IMG/VR virus record: IMGVR_UViG_3300031261_000003
Location: 5,435 to 69,434 of that record
Length of the DNA stretch: 64,000 nucleotides
Direction: 5' to 3' (one strand)
Source of the DNA: a virus
Position 1 is the first letter of the stretch. The number at the start of each line of letters is the position of its first letter. The notes below the pieces were generated by a model. The model ran no database searches. It worked only from the letters and a program-made list of their open reading frames with translations, and was not told where the DNA came from. The position numbers and the translations under genes are program-made. Of the stretch, positions 28,187 to 38,427 are shown piece after piece.

Positions 28187-28617
28187 AGCGATGGCGACGG
28201 CTCGACGGGATGCGGCGCGGGCGCAACGTCTGCGCCGTGATCGGGCGTAACATGCTCGGGCGCGACAACCGGCGTGCTGTAGGCGGGCGCAACGGCGGCG
28301 ACGGCAGTTGTAACAGCATCGGCGACGGCGACGGTTGTAGGCGCGGCGACGGCGGCCGAGAGCGTATGCAGCGCCGAGTTGATCTGTTCGGTTACGGCGT
28401 CGAGCGCGGCGGAATCAATCGCCGTTTCGTTATGCGTCGCAAGCGCAGCGGCGGCGGCGGCAGTCGGGCCGGCGAGCGCGGCGGCGGCGGCGGCGAGGTT
28501 TTCAAAGCTGGCGTTCATTTGGATTTCTTTCTCAAAGAGGATGGCGAGGATGGCGTCAAGTTTGTCTTCGATCCGCTCGAGCGCGGCGGTCGTATCGTCT
28601 CTCCATAGGTCTCGCAT
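28183..28617 (-). CDS. antisense moron, Ala-rich protein with possible internal start at 28518
   Basis: Architecture like 6543-7076. Confidence 0.6.
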   Translation of the reverse strand: MRDLWRDDTTAALERIEDKLDAILAILFEKEIQMNASFENLAAAAAALAGPTAAAAAALATHNETAIDSAALDAVTEQINSALHTLSAAVAAPTTVAVADAVTTAVAAVAPAYSTPVVAPEHVTPDHGADVAPAPHPVEPSPSL

Positions 28618-28662
28618 GGTGTCTTTCTTGCGGCTTATCCAACAAACGAAGGGGCTCTCCCG

Positions 28663-29004
28663 TTGAGCACACCGGCCGCCGTGGTCACAGCGCTCAATGC
28701 GCTGCAATCGTCCATCCAAAGCGCCGGCACGTTGCAGGGCGCGTCTGACGCCGTGCTTTCGCCTATTGTCACGGCCTGCCTTGCCGCGCAGGCGGCGATT
28801 ACGGCGGCCATAGCGGCGACCGACGCGCAGATAGGCAACGGCTCGGGGCTGGCCTCCGGTCCCGGCTTGGACGCCGGCGCAACGGCCTCCGCCGCCGTCG
28901 CTTATCTCGCCGCGCAGATCGACGCCAACCAAGCGCAGCACAACTTGCTCACCCTGCAAGCCTATGTCCAACGGATCGAACTCAACATTGCGGCGAGGCT
29001 GTAA
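28663..29004 (+). CDS. baseplate-region Ala-rich protein
   Basis: TTG start after AAGGGG. Confidence 0.6.
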   Translation: MSTPAAVVTALNALQSSIQSAGTLQGASDAVLSPIVTACLAAQAAITAAIAATDAQIGNGSGLASGPGLDAGATASAAVAYLAAQIDANQAQHNLLTLQAYVQRIELNIAARL

Positions 29005-29005
29005 T

Positions 29006-29332
29006 TCAAACGATCCGAAGCCCGCGTTCGATTTCCGGCCAAGGGCCGAGAAACACCTCTCTATAGGCGACGTCGCCGCATCGAAAAAGCGCCCTGGCGC
29101 GTACAAATCCTTTCTCTTCAATGCGCGGCGGGTTCGTTTTTCTGTCGCACACAAAAATGAAGTCCTTGATTCCATACTTGGCTTTTTCGGCGTCAACCAT
29201 CGCCAGCAGAATCGTCTGAATCGGGTTCCACGCCTCACGCGGCAACAACCCGCCGCACGACAAAAGCGTCATGCTCCAAGCGCTTTCAAGAAATGCGCAG
29301 AACTCGCGAATCTGTTCGTCGCTGCATTCCAT
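29006..29332 (-). CDS. antisense moron, hypothetical protein
   Basis: GGAG RBS before ATG 29332; fills the gap exactly. Confidence 0.5.
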   Translation of the reverse strand: MECSDEQIREFCAFLESAWSMTLLSCGGLLPREAWNPIQTILLAMVDAEKAKYGIKDFIFVCDRKTNPPRIEEKGFVRARALFRCGDVAYREVFLGPWPEIERGLRIV

Positions 29333-29362
29333 CCGGCTCACTCCGCTTAAAGGCGCAACGCG

Positions 29363-29629
29363 ATGGCCGATATCAACGATCTTCCGACCGTGCTTTCGCC
29401 GATCTCGGCGGTCACAGCCAATACGGGATTCTCGACGCTGTTTCATGTCGCCGCGATCTACCTCGGCGATCATACCATGTGGGATAGGGTTTTAGCGCTC
29501 AATTCCTCGCTTATAAACGCCGACGGCTTTTGGGAGTACGACCTCTCAACAGTCGCAACCGTCAACGTCCCGCCCGCTGGCTCGGCCGCCAGCACAGGCG
29601 GAATCCTGCAATCGTTTCCCGTTCCGTGA
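29363..29629 (+). CDS. baseplate LysM/GpX-like protein
   Basis: TLF.VAA.YLGD...W..V..LN. Confidence 0.7.
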   Translation: MADINDLPTVLSPISAVTANTGFSTLFHVAAIYLGDHTMWDRVLALNSSLINADGFWEYDLSTVATVNVPPAGSAASTGGILQSFPVP

Positions 29630-30609
29630 AGGTTTCCGCGCAAATCGTCGTCAACGGCAGTCCGATCAACGTCAAATCGCTAGAGGTTTCTCTAACCAAA
29701 ACGAAGAAATCCGAGACGTTTTCGGCCAGCGTCGCCATGTACGATCCGGCTGCGCAGGGCCTTGATAGCGCGGACGGCGCGCAAGCCTCTTGCCTCATCA
29801 ACGGCGCGCAAATCGGCGGCTCGTTCCAACTTGAGCACGTCGATTATAGTTTCGACGGGACCGAAGTCACCTTAAGCGGTCGCGACAATTCGGCCGACAT
29901 GATCGACACGCCGAATACGAAAACCTTTACCAACCAGACGCCTAAGCAAGTTATTCAGGCGCTGGCGCAAGGCGTCGGAACCAATATCGACGACATGGGC
30001 GCAAACGCCGGCAAAATATATCAGCTCGATTGGAACGCCATCACGCATCGCGCCAGCGCTTGGGAGGCGATTCAGCATCTTGCCGACCTTTACGGCAAGG
30101 CGGCCTATGTGACAGGCGGCACGCTCTACGTCAAAGACATGGACGAAAGCTTGCCTGTCTATTCGTTACAATGGTCGCGGCCTTCGGCGAGCGGCGCGGC
30201 AACGAGCAATATCTTGACGCTGAAAGCCTCGCGCAATTTCCAAATGTCCAAAAAGATCAATGTCACCGCGCACGGCCATAACTACAAGCAAAAGCAAACA
30301 CTTACCGCGACGGCGAGCGCGGGCGGATCGGGCTCCGGCGCGTTAAATTACAACTACGTCATTCCAAGCGCGACGCAGGACCAATTGCAAAACGTCGCGA
30401 CCAAAAAATCAAAGGAACACTCCAGGCACGCCCTTGATATCGCGGTCGAAATCCCTGGCGACACCGGCGTTGTAATCCGAATGCAGTTGCGGCTTTCCGG
30501 CACAGGAACCGTGTTCGATACGCTGTTCGATATGACCGACGTTTCGCACAAGGTGGATTTTGACGGCGGCTATACGACGACCATAAAAGGCAACGCGGCT
30601 GGCGCTTAA
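29626..30609 (+). CDS. baseplate hub protein (GpD-like)
   Basis: LSGRD, W..I..LA...G; size and position. Confidence 0.8.
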   Translation: MKVSAQIVVNGSPINVKSLEVSLTKTKKSETFSASVAMYDPAAQGLDSADGAQASCLINGAQIGGSFQLEHVDYSFDGTEVTLSGRDNSADMIDTPNTKTFTNQTPKQVIQALAQGVGTNIDDMGANAGKIYQLDWNAITHRASAWEAIQHLADLYGKAAYVTGGTLYVKDMDESLPVYSLQWSRPSASGAATSNILTLKASRNFQMSKKINVTAHGHNYKQKQTLTATASAGGSGSGALNYNYVIPSATQDQLQNVATKKSKEHSRHALDIAVEIPGDTGVVIRMQLRLSGTGTVFDTLFDMTDVSHKVDFDGGYTTTIKGNAAGA

Positions 30610-31082
30610 TGCTTGATTTAACAAACCTTATTCGCCGTGAGTGCGGCCGGTTGCTCATGCGCTGGGCGCGAACTCGCCATGTGTTGGTGACAAGCTACGA
30701 TCCGAAAACCAATTCGATCAAGGGAACCTTTCAGCCGGAAGGGCATATGTCGGGCTGGATTCCGATCCAGACGCAGGCCGCCAGCGCCAACGGAGTCAGC
30801 GTTCAGATCGGTCCGGCAATTGGCGATTTGGCGGTTGTCTCGTACGTCGAGGGCGACCCCGAGGCGTCGTTTGTCATCGGCTTCAAACATAACGACGTCG
30901 ATCGCGCGCCGGGAGCGCCGAGCGGAACAGTGATCATCAAGCATAACCAAAGCGGCGTTACGCTGACCATTAGCGGCTCTGGTCATACGCTCACGGCGCC
31001 CGGTCAAACGATAGCGTTGAGCGGCGCCACGATTACAACGAATGGCAATCATACCCTTACGGGCGGCGGGAACCTCGCTTAG
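30609..31082 (+). CDS. baseplate spike (GpV-like OB fold)
   Basis: VTSYDP, SGWIP, P.IGD..VV...GD. Confidence 0.8.
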   Translation: MLDLTNLIRRECGRLLMRWARTRHVLVTSYDPKTNSIKGTFQPEGHMSGWIPIQTQAASANGVSVQIGPAIGDLAVVSYVEGDPEASFVIGFKHNDVDRAPGAPSGTVIIKHNQSGVTLTISGSGHTLTAPGQTIALSGATITTNGNHTLTGGGNLA

Positions 31083-31340
31083 GTGGCAGCTATCGCTAGG
31101 CTCGGCGACGCTATCAGCCACGGCGGCGCAGTAACGTCGGGCTCTCCAAATTGGAGCTGCAACGGCATCCCGATTGCGAGAGTTGGCGACTCCGCATCCT
31201 GTCCTATTCATGGAACTGTCTCGATCACTTCCGGCTCGCCAAATTGGCAATGCAACGGCATCCCCATCGCCCGCGTCGGCTCGTCGCTCTCTTGCGGCGC
31301 AACGATAACCTCGGGCTCGCCGAATTGGAGCGTAAGCTAA
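31083..31340 (+). CDS. PAAR-repeat spike tip protein
   Basis: IARLGD..SHGG, PIARVGD..CP.HG, PIARVG...CGA. Confidence 0.9.
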   Translation: MAAIARLGDAISHGGAVTSGSPNWSCNGIPIARVGDSASCPIHGTVSITSGSPNWQCNGIPIARVGSSLSCGATITSGSPNWSVS

Positions 31341-31762
31341 TGGCCGATTTATCGCATTTCTGGGGGCAAGACCTCGTTGCCAGCCCGAGCGGCGATTTAT
31401 TGCTCGTACAGCCGTTGAGCGCCCAAAATATCTCGACGCTCAACGGCAATGACGAGGGAACGCAAAGGATTTACCGCCGCCTCATGACGGCCATTGCCGG
31501 CGCCGGCCAGCTATCGGGTGAAGACATTTTCGCGCCCGACTATGGCGGCGGCATCCCGCAACGCATTGGCGCGGTCATGGACCCCGATGGTTTGCGCGCC
31601 GCTATCCGCGCCCAAATGTTTCAAGAGGCTGCCGTTGCCAACTCCCCGCCGCCGCAAATCAAGGTCACGCCGCAACTGCCGTCGAGCGCCTTCGTTGATA
31701 TCCAATTCAGCAATGCGCAAACGGGCCTGCCGGTCTCGCTTTCCTTCGATTCTTCAAGCTAG
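31340..31762 (+). CDS. baseplate wedge/sheath initiator (gp25-like)
   Basis: GDL, QRI.RRL.T, PDYG.G. Confidence 0.75.
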   Translation: MADLSHFWGQDLVASPSGDLLLVQPLSAQNISTLNGNDEGTQRIYRRLMTAIAGAGQLSGEDIFAPDYGGGIPQRIGAVMDPDGLRAAIRAQMFQEAAVANSPPPQIKVTPQLPSSAFVDIQFSNAQTGLPVSLSFDSSS

Positions 31763-31773
31763 AGGCGCGTTGC

Positions 31774-32901
31774 ATGGCTGTGCCGCTGCTAAAGAGTTTC
31801 GCGACGTCGGTTTCCAACCAAATCGCGGCGATCCAAACGGCGTCCAAGTCGCTCGTCAATTTTACGACGGGCTCTGTTTTGCGGGCAACCGTGAACGCCA
31901 ATGCGGCGGTGGGTCTTTGGTTGCAAGGCAATACGCTCTATACCATAGCGCTCTCGCGGTTTGCCTCGTCCTATGGCAAAGACGCGGACTCATGGGGCGC
32001 GGACTGGGGTTTCCTTCGCAACGGCGCGCTGCCTTCAACCGGCTACGTGACATTTTCGCGCTTTACGGCGACCAATAGCACGACGATTCTTGTTGGCGCG
32101 CAAGTTCAAACGCAGGACAAGACGCAGCAATTCACCGTCGTTGCCGACGCGACGAATGCGGCGTGGAACGGATCAAACGGTTTTATTATCCCGGCGCTCG
32201 TTGCCTCAGTCACGCTCAAAATGCAATCCGTCAACGCGGCGGCGGCGGCCAATGTCGTTGCGGGCGCCGTCAATACCATGGTCACAACGATTTCCGGCAT
32301 CGATTACGTCAACAACGCGCTGGCGTTTACAGGTGGCGCGGACACGGAAACCGACGCCTCCTATAAGTCGCGCTTTCCCAACTTTCTGCTATCCTTGGCG
32401 CGCGGCACGTCGGGCGCCATTACGGCGGCGATTGAAGCGATACAGGTTGGCACGCAATGCAACGTTTTGTCGAACGTCAACTTGGACGGCACTGCCAATC
32501 CCGGCCATTTGACGATCATCGTTGACGACGGAAGCGGTGCGCCGCCGCCGTCGTTTCTCGCCATGGCCTCGGCGCAAGCCGCTCTCAACGTCGCGGACGG
32601 CATTAGCTGGGCGTTGTCCGGGCCGACGATCATCACCATAAACGTCTCGTTCACGCTCGTGACTGCCTCGGGCTATACGCACGCAACGCTCGTCGCCAAC
32701 GCGCAGAACGCCGTCGTGATTTTCGTTGACGCGATAGCCGACGGCGGCTCGCTGTCGTGGTCGCAATTGTACCAAGTGATTTATAATTCCTCGCCCGGAA
32801 TCACCGACGTTTTGGGCCTGCTGATCAACGGTTCGACGGCAGATATCGTGCCGGCCAGCATTTACGACGTCATCAAAACCGGAACAGTTGTAGGGACTTA
32901 A
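31774..32901 (+). CDS. baseplate J-like protein
   Basis: GSVLRA, V.N..AFTGGAD.ETD..Y..R, GT..AI. Confidence 0.9.
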   Translation: MAVPLLKSFATSVSNQIAAIQTASKSLVNFTTGSVLRATVNANAAVGLWLQGNTLYTIALSRFASSYGKDADSWGADWGFLRNGALPSTGYVTFSRFTATNSTTILVGAQVQTQDKTQQFTVVADATNAAWNGSNGFIIPALVASVTLKMQSVNAAAAANVVAGAVNTMVTTISGIDYVNNALAFTGGADTETDASYKSRFPNFLLSLARGTSGAITAAIEAIQVGTQCNVLSNVNLDGTANPGHLTIIVDDGSGAPPPSFLAMASAQAALNVADGISWALSGPTIITINVSFTLVTASGYTHATLVANAQNAVVIFVDAIADGGSLSWSQLYQVIYNSSPGITDVLGLLINGSTADIVPASIYDVIKTGTVVGT

Positions 32902-32906
32902 CGCAA

Positions 32907-33506
32907 ATGGCGACTCTCGGCTCGCTCGCCGACTTTCAGGCGCGGCTTAAAAAGCTCATGCCGCGCTCTTGGTTTCCAAATCCGGCGCCGGTTCTCATGG
33001 GCGCGCTGGCCGGCGCCGCCAATGTCTTTTCGGACGCCTACGCTCAACTTAAATATGCCAAGCTGCAAACGCGCATCGGCACGACGACGGACGCAAACCT
33101 TGAGATTGCCGCCGTCGATTTTGTCGCCTTGCGCATCCAACGCCGGCCGGGCGAGAGTGACGCGGGCTTTCGCGTCCGCATCATTCAGGAAGCCCTTCGC
33201 CTGCGCAATACGCGCGCCGCGATGATAGCCGCGCTGACGCAACTAACCGGGCGGGCGCCAACGATTTACGCGCCGTGGTCAACCAACGATTGCGGCGCGA
33301 TGGACGCGGGCGGTCTGGCTTGCGACGTCGCCGGTTGTACGGCGACGGGCATTGACGCGGCGAGCACGATTCGCAACGCGGTTTTCATCAACGCCTTTCG
33401 TCCGCTCGGCGGCAGCGGCTTGGCTGTCTCCGACGCTGAAATCTACGCGATGGCTTATAACGTCGCGGCCGCCGGCGTCACGGCATGGGTTAACATCCAA
33501 AATTGA
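32907..33506 (+). CDS. baseplate wedge protein (GpI-like)
   Basis: R..GESD..FR.RI motif. Confidence 0.7.
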   Translation: MATLGSLADFQARLKKLMPRSWFPNPAPVLMGALAGAANVFSDAYAQLKYAKLQTRIGTTTDANLEIAAVDFVALRIQRRPGESDAGFRVRIIQEALRLRNTRAAMIAALTQLTGRAPTIYAPWSTNDCGAMDAGGLACDVAGCTATGIDAASTIRNAVFINAFRPLGGSGLAVSDAEIYAMAYNVAAAGVTAWVNIQN

Positions 33507-33528
33507 AAAGCCGATAGGAGTTCGTTGT

Positions 33529-35154
33529 TTGGATAGACCAGAATTTTACTATGGCGAGATCCTCCGCAATTTCGACCTCCTGTCCATCGGCCAAGACGCC
33601 ATGGCGGGCCTTGCGCAGCTTACGCAGGCGGTTCTAGGCCAAGCCGGATCGGTCGCCATTGGCCTCGGCGCGTCGCCGGGAGGCGGCCTGACGCTCGCGA
33701 TTGCGGCCGGACAGTTTTATCAACTCGCCAACCTCGAAGCGACCGCGATGGGCGGTGGCGGCGGCGGCGGCCTTCCGATCAACACGACGCAAATCCTTAA
33801 ACAGGGCCTGTCGCTGACCGCGCAAACCGTGACGGGCTTTCTCGCGCCTGCCACGGTTGGTCAGTCGATAAACTATCTTGTCGAGGCGCAATATCAAGAT
33901 CAAGAGTACGGCTCTGTCATCCTGCCGTACTACAACGCCTCCAATCCTGCCGCGCAATATTCCGGCCCCGGCAACAACAATCAGATGCAGAGCTACGCGC
34001 GAAAAGGCATTGTGGCCTTGCAAGCCAAGGCCGGCGCGGCGGCGACAACGGGCTCGCAAACGACGCCGGCCGGCGATAGCGGCTGGACCGGGCTTTATGT
34101 CGTCACGCTGGCCTATGGCGCGGCAACCATCGTCTCGGGCAATATCGCGCCGCTGGCGGGCGCTCCGCTGCTGGCGGGCCTGCTAAATTCGCATCACAGC
34201 GGCGGCGCGGGACAGGCGCCCAAAATCCTCATGGCCGAGCTGGCGAGCGCGTCGAGCGCCAATGCTGGCGCGGGGCTCTCGTCGGTTTATTCTTACGCTG
34301 GAAACCCGAACACGCTCGTTGCTGGCGTCGCGGGCATCGCCGGGGCGTCTTCTCCCGATGTTGTGTGGGATACGGTCAATAATATTTGGTGGGTCTGTAC
34401 GGCCTCTGGAAACGCCGCTTCGGCCGTTTGGACGGAAGTCGGAGAGTCCGCGACGTGGCCCAACTGGTGCGGAACGTCAACGGGAACCGCCAACGCTCAA
34501 ATTGTCGCGCCGCCTTCGTCCATGCCGACGTTCTCGACCGGCGCTATGATCGTCTGGAAAATCGGCGCCGGCTTGACCAATACCAGCGCGACCACGGCGA
34601 CGGTCGGTTCGTTCGGAACCTTCGCCGTGCGCAAGGACGGCCCGACCGGACCTATCGCCTTGACGGGCGGCGAGCTTGTCGCCGGCAATATCGCGTCCGC
34701 TCGCTACGACGGCGCAAATTTGCAACTGACGGCGACAGAACTCGGAACGGCGGCGCTTGCCAACGCCTCCTCGAATACCGGCACGGTTGCTGCCGTCTAT
34801 GGCGCAATCGCGTCGGGCCATGTCGCTGGATTCAACGATGCGCTCGGGACGCTGAAAGACCTTGGGCCGCTTGTTACGGGCAGCCAGTTCATTACGACGA
34901 ATCAAGTTCTGTCGCCTGGGTTTTTCGAAGTCGATACCTCGGCCGGTCCCGTCACGATCACGCTTGAGCCGACGCCCAACGGCGGCGACGCCTATCAATT
35001 CTTCGATGCCAGCGGAACGTTCGCGCAAAACAACCTTATCCTGAATCCGAACGGCGCGACCATCCAAGGCATGACCACAAACTTGTTGTGCGACGTCGCC
35101 GCGATTGCTTCGTTTAACATCGTCTACAAGTCTGGCAATTGGAGCCTGCAATAG
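33529..35154 (+). CDS. tail fibre protein
   Basis: AGGAG RBS, TTG start; G/A/T/S-rich; VDTS.G..TITL motif. Confidence 0.75.
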   Translation: MDRPEFYYGEILRNFDLLSIGQDAMAGLAQLTQAVLGQAGSVAIGLGASPGGGLTLAIAAGQFYQLANLEATAMGGGGGGGLPINTTQILKQGLSLTAQTVTGFLAPATVGQSINYLVEAQYQDQEYGSVILPYYNASNPAAQYSGPGNNNQMQSYARKGIVALQAKAGAAATTGSQTTPAGDSGWTGLYVVTLAYGAATIVSGNIAPLAGAPLLAGLLNSHHSGGAGQAPKILMAELASASSANAGAGLSSVYSYAGNPNTLVAGVAGIAGASSPDVVWDTVNNIWWVCTASGNAASAVWTEVGESATWPNWCGTSTGTANAQIVAPPSSMPTFSTGAMIVWKIGAGLTNTSATTATVGSFGTFAVRKDGPTGPIALTGGELVAGNIASARYDGANLQLTATELGTAALANASSNTGTVAAVYGAIASGHVAGFNDALGTLKDLGPLVTGSQFITTNQVLSPGFFEVDTSAGPVTITLEPTPNGGDAYQFFDASGTFAQNNLILNPNGATIQGMTTNLLCDVAAIASFNIVYKSGNWSLQ

Positions 35155-38100
35155 ATGAGTAGCCTTTCGCAGTTCATCAAAAACGGCCAACAGTTTCAAG
35201 CCCGCGCCGGCTCGGCGGCGATCAATGTCGGCGACCTCCTCGTAACCGGCGGCCCCGGCCTTGAGATATTTACGGCGGCCACGCTCGACTATGCCAAAAC
35301 TACGTCGGCAATCGCGCTTCTGCCGCCAACATCGCTTGCCGCGTATGTAAACGGTGGCGGCGCTCGCCAACAAATTGCGCGCGATTCCCTTGGCAATATC
35401 TTTGTCGTCACGACCAACGCGAGCGGCAATCTCGTCGTCAACAAAAGCGCGCCGCTGTCGGCATCGGCCGCTACGGCGATTTTGGATGCAACGGCGACCA
35501 GCGTCAACACGGCGAAGCTCGTTCAGCTTTCCAACGGCATGTTTGCCGTGGTTTATGCTCGCGCGGCGGGCGCCCTGTATTTTGTCATTTTTGATAGCTC
35601 GCTGAATTTCGTCGCCGGGCCGACCTCCGTTGCGTCGGAATACGCCGCAACGAACGTCGTTTATCATGACGCGATCGCGCTCAACGGCGGCGGCTTCGCC
35701 CTTGCGTTTCAGACCCCGGCCGGAACGGCGATCAACCTCGCGACCTATTCCAACGTCGGCGCGGCGGTCCTGGCGGCCGCCTCGATTCAGACGCTCGCCA
35801 GCACGAACGCTCAAGAATTTATCAGACTCGGGCAGCTGACGAACGGAAATCTCGTCGTCGCTTATCGCGGCGCGATGACGGCGGGCGGCACAGCGGGTAC
35901 AGGCTTTACCATCGTCAGCACGGCGGGCGTCAACGTCGCTGGTCCCACGAACGTCGATAGCGTGGCGACGCTGGGCTTCCTCGAATTGTCGGTCATCTTC
36001 GGCGGCGCGACCTTCGCCCTTGCCGAGGCCAACGGGACCACGATCAAGGCGGGCGTCTACAGTCAAGCCGGCGCGCTGGCGGGCTCGCTGTATTCGGCCG
36101 CCGACACGCTCAACTCGACGACCTATCCGCAAGTTAAGCTGACCAACGACGGCGCGCAATATTGGCTCGCCTATTTCGGTTCCGCCGCCTTTGGCGTCAA
36201 CGTCGTGCAAATCCCGCTTGCCGGGGCGTCGTTGGGCCTTTCGCTTTCTGGCATTGGCGCGAATATTTATGGCGTAAACACATGGGCGCTCGACGCGGAA
36301 ATCATCAACGGCTTGCTGGTGGTTCTTGGCGCATCATCAAGCACGCTCGGTCAATACTGGTTCACGGTCGGCCTTCCCGACGCTTCGCTCGGCATCAACG
36401 CGCCCTATTTACGCGTCGGTCCGACTTCCAATGGCTTGCCAGCGGCAACGACCGGATCAAATTGGCCGCGCGTAATCTCCTCGGGCGCCGGGCTTTATCG
36501 CGGCGCTTCGGCGCCGCCAACGCAGCCGGTCAACCCGGCGACGAACGGCGACTTCGCCGCGATCTTCGTTTACGACCAACAAAGTCCGTCTGCAACTTAC
36601 CTCGCCGTTCAAAAAGTCGAGGCGTCGGCCATTGTCGGCGCCGCCCTATCGGCCGTCGTCGCGGGCTTATCCGGCTCTCTCGTCACCATCAACGCCGGCC
36701 CCGGCCAATATGTGACGAATGCCGTCGCCGGAACGCAGGGGGTCAGCTTCAACCATACAACCGCAACGCCGGAAGGCATTGCAGGGGTGCTCTATACGTT
36801 TGGCGGACAGTTCGGCTCCACCATCCTCGGCGCCTCGGCCGCCTCCGCCGGCTCGTCAAACTTCGGAGGCGTCGCCGGAAATTTACAGGCGGCGGCAGGA
36901 CCCTATGCGATCAACATAAACGATCTTGTGGAGATTAATTCAGTCGGGCAACTTTCGACAGTCACTTGTTCTGACAATGCCGCTGTCGCAAATATAGGCG
37001 GGACGCCCATCGCGAAAACAACTGTAACGGCGTATGTCCCGCTTGCAACAACGTCATGTGACACGCCTGCTGGCGTTGGCGCAACCCTTAAAGAAGTTTT
37101 TCTAAATACCACTGATGGTTCTATCTATTGTGCTGCGCCATATCTCGCAAGCAACTATGGCCTGACCCTGTATAAGTACACGTCCGCTGGCGCGTTGGTG
37201 GGTTCGGTTGTTCTTGATTCTTCAGCTAATCAGCCGGCACACATATATATCGTTCAACTGTCGAACACGACTTTGGGCATTTGCTGGTCGCCCGCCGGCA
37301 CGGCCGTTAAATTTGCTATTATTGACCTGTATCTGAATCCGATAGTGGCGGCGACAACGGTTGTCGCATCTGGCGTGTCCTCAAGCGCGGCGGCCATTGC
37401 GCTGAGCGGCGGCGGGATCGCGATAACCTATGGCACGTCATCGGGAACCTATTTAGGGATATATTCAAATACAGGCAGCACGGTTTATAGTCCAACCCTG
37501 ATTGCGGGCTCGCCAACGACGGCGAATACCATTATCACGCCCGCGCAGTTGTCGAATAGCAACATCGTTATTGCGTCGATTGCGCCAAGCGTCGCCAATT
37601 GCGTGGGATATTCGATCCGGTCAATTACCGGCGTGTCCGTCCTGGCATATACGGTTCTTGATACGGCGACGTGTGGCCCTATAATTTATGGTCCCTTCAT
37701 TTCCGCGTTGCCAAGCGGCTATTTTTGTATTGGTATTTCTGAGGCGACTCACTACGCCTCGGCGTGGGTCCTATCAAACGCAGGAACCATTCAAGGCGCT
37801 CCGTTCATTGCGTCCGCGTTCGCTGGCCTAACCACACTTAACCTCGGGCAGCTAGGGCTGTCGATGGTTAATGACGGCACGAACTTTTGGTTTATTTGCA
37901 GCGCATCTTCCGGTCCCGGCGCAATAATCTTTATGCCAATCACAGGAACCGGATATGTCGCAACGCTCACGGGAAACACAGGCACTATAAATGCGATTAT
38001 TGATCGCGGACTACTTCTGCTCTATACCTACGCCGCCAATCTCGTCATAACGTTCACGATCAACCAAGTGACAGGCCGTGTCGTTCAGATTGCCTCCACG

Positions 38101-38427
38101 TCGCCGGTCATAGGCTCCACGCCCCTGTCAATGTTCGCTGCCGGCGATTCGTCTGTATTGCTCGGGAGCATTATAACAACGACTTCCTTCTCGGTGGTGA
38201 AATACCTAAACTCCGCGATTGTCGGCGTCGCGCAAGCCGCGATAGCGGCCGGCAATGCCGGAACGCTTATTTCCTACAGCTACGGCGCCAATTTGGGCCT
38301 GGCCGGGTATTCGATCAACCCGATTATTGGTTCGCCGGGAAAAGGATTCAACCATTCGGCCTCAAATATCGTCGGCAATCTGGGAACGATGTTTCCGGCC
38401 GCAGTTTCCCTTGGGGGTATCGCCTAA
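35155..38427 (+). CDS. large tail fibre/receptor-binding protein with two tandem modules
   Basis: 1090 aa beta-rich; internal duplication. Confidence 0.7.
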   Translation: MSSLSQFIKNGQQFQARAGSAAINVGDLLVTGGPGLEIFTAATLDYAKTTSAIALLPPTSLAAYVNGGGARQQIARDSLGNIFVVTTNASGNLVVNKSAPLSASAATAILDATATSVNTAKLVQLSNGMFAVVYARAAGALYFVIFDSSLNFVAGPTSVASEYAATNVVYHDAIALNGGGFALAFQTPAGTAINLATYSNVGAAVLAAASIQTLASTNAQEFIRLGQLTNGNLVVAYRGAMTAGGTAGTGFTIVSTAGVNVAGPTNVDSVATLGFLELSVIFGGATFALAEANGTTIKAGVYSQAGALAGSLYSAADTLNSTTYPQVKLTNDGAQYWLAYFGSAAFGVNVVQIPLAGASLGLSLSGIGANIYGVNTWALDAEIINGLLVVLGASSSTLGQYWFTVGLPDASLGINAPYLRVGPTSNGLPAATTGSNWPRVISSGAGLYRGASAPPTQPVNPATNGDFAAIFVYDQQSPSATYLAVQKVEASAIVGAALSAVVAGLSGSLVTINAGPGQYVTNAVAGTQGVSFNHTTATPEGIAGVLYTFGGQFGSTILGASAASAGSSNFGGVAGNLQAAAGPYAININDLVEINSVGQLSTVTCSDNAAVANIGGTPIAKTTVTAYVPLATTSCDTPAGVGATLKEVFLNTTDGSIYCAAPYLASNYGLTLYKYTSAGALVGSVVLDSSANQPAHIYIVQLSNTTLGICWSPAGTAVKFAIIDLYLNPIVAATTVVASGVSSSAAAIALSGGGIAITYGTSSGTYLGIYSNTGSTVYSPTLIAGSPTTANTIITPAQLSNSNIVIASIAPSVANCVGYSIRSITGVSVLAYTVLDTATCGPIIYGPFISALPSGYFCIGISEATHYASAWVLSNAGTIQGAPFIASAFAGLTTLNLGQLGLSMVNDGTNFWFICSASSGPGAIIFMPITGTGYVATLTGNTGTINAIIDRGLLLLYTYAANLVITFTINQVTGRVVQIASTSPVIGSTPLSMFAAGDSSVLLGSIITTTSFSVVKYLNSAIVGVAQAAIAAGNAGTLISYSYGANLGLAGYSINPIIGSPGKGFNHSASNIVGNLGTMFPAAVSLGGIA

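Noticed and set aside
31080-35157. TAG followed immediately by an in-frame start at spike/PAAR (31080), fibre/fibre (35152) and capsid end (16359), suggesting amber recoding
   Set aside because: The PAAR and second fibre genes have SD-like sequences of their own, many genes end cleanly in TAG, and no suppressor tRNA was seen. Occasional readthrough is not excluded.
34477-36210. Long antisense ORFs (also 9283-10125, 46891-48069, 58364-59242)
   Set aside because: Shadow frames of real genes in GC-rich DNA, with no motifs or RBS.
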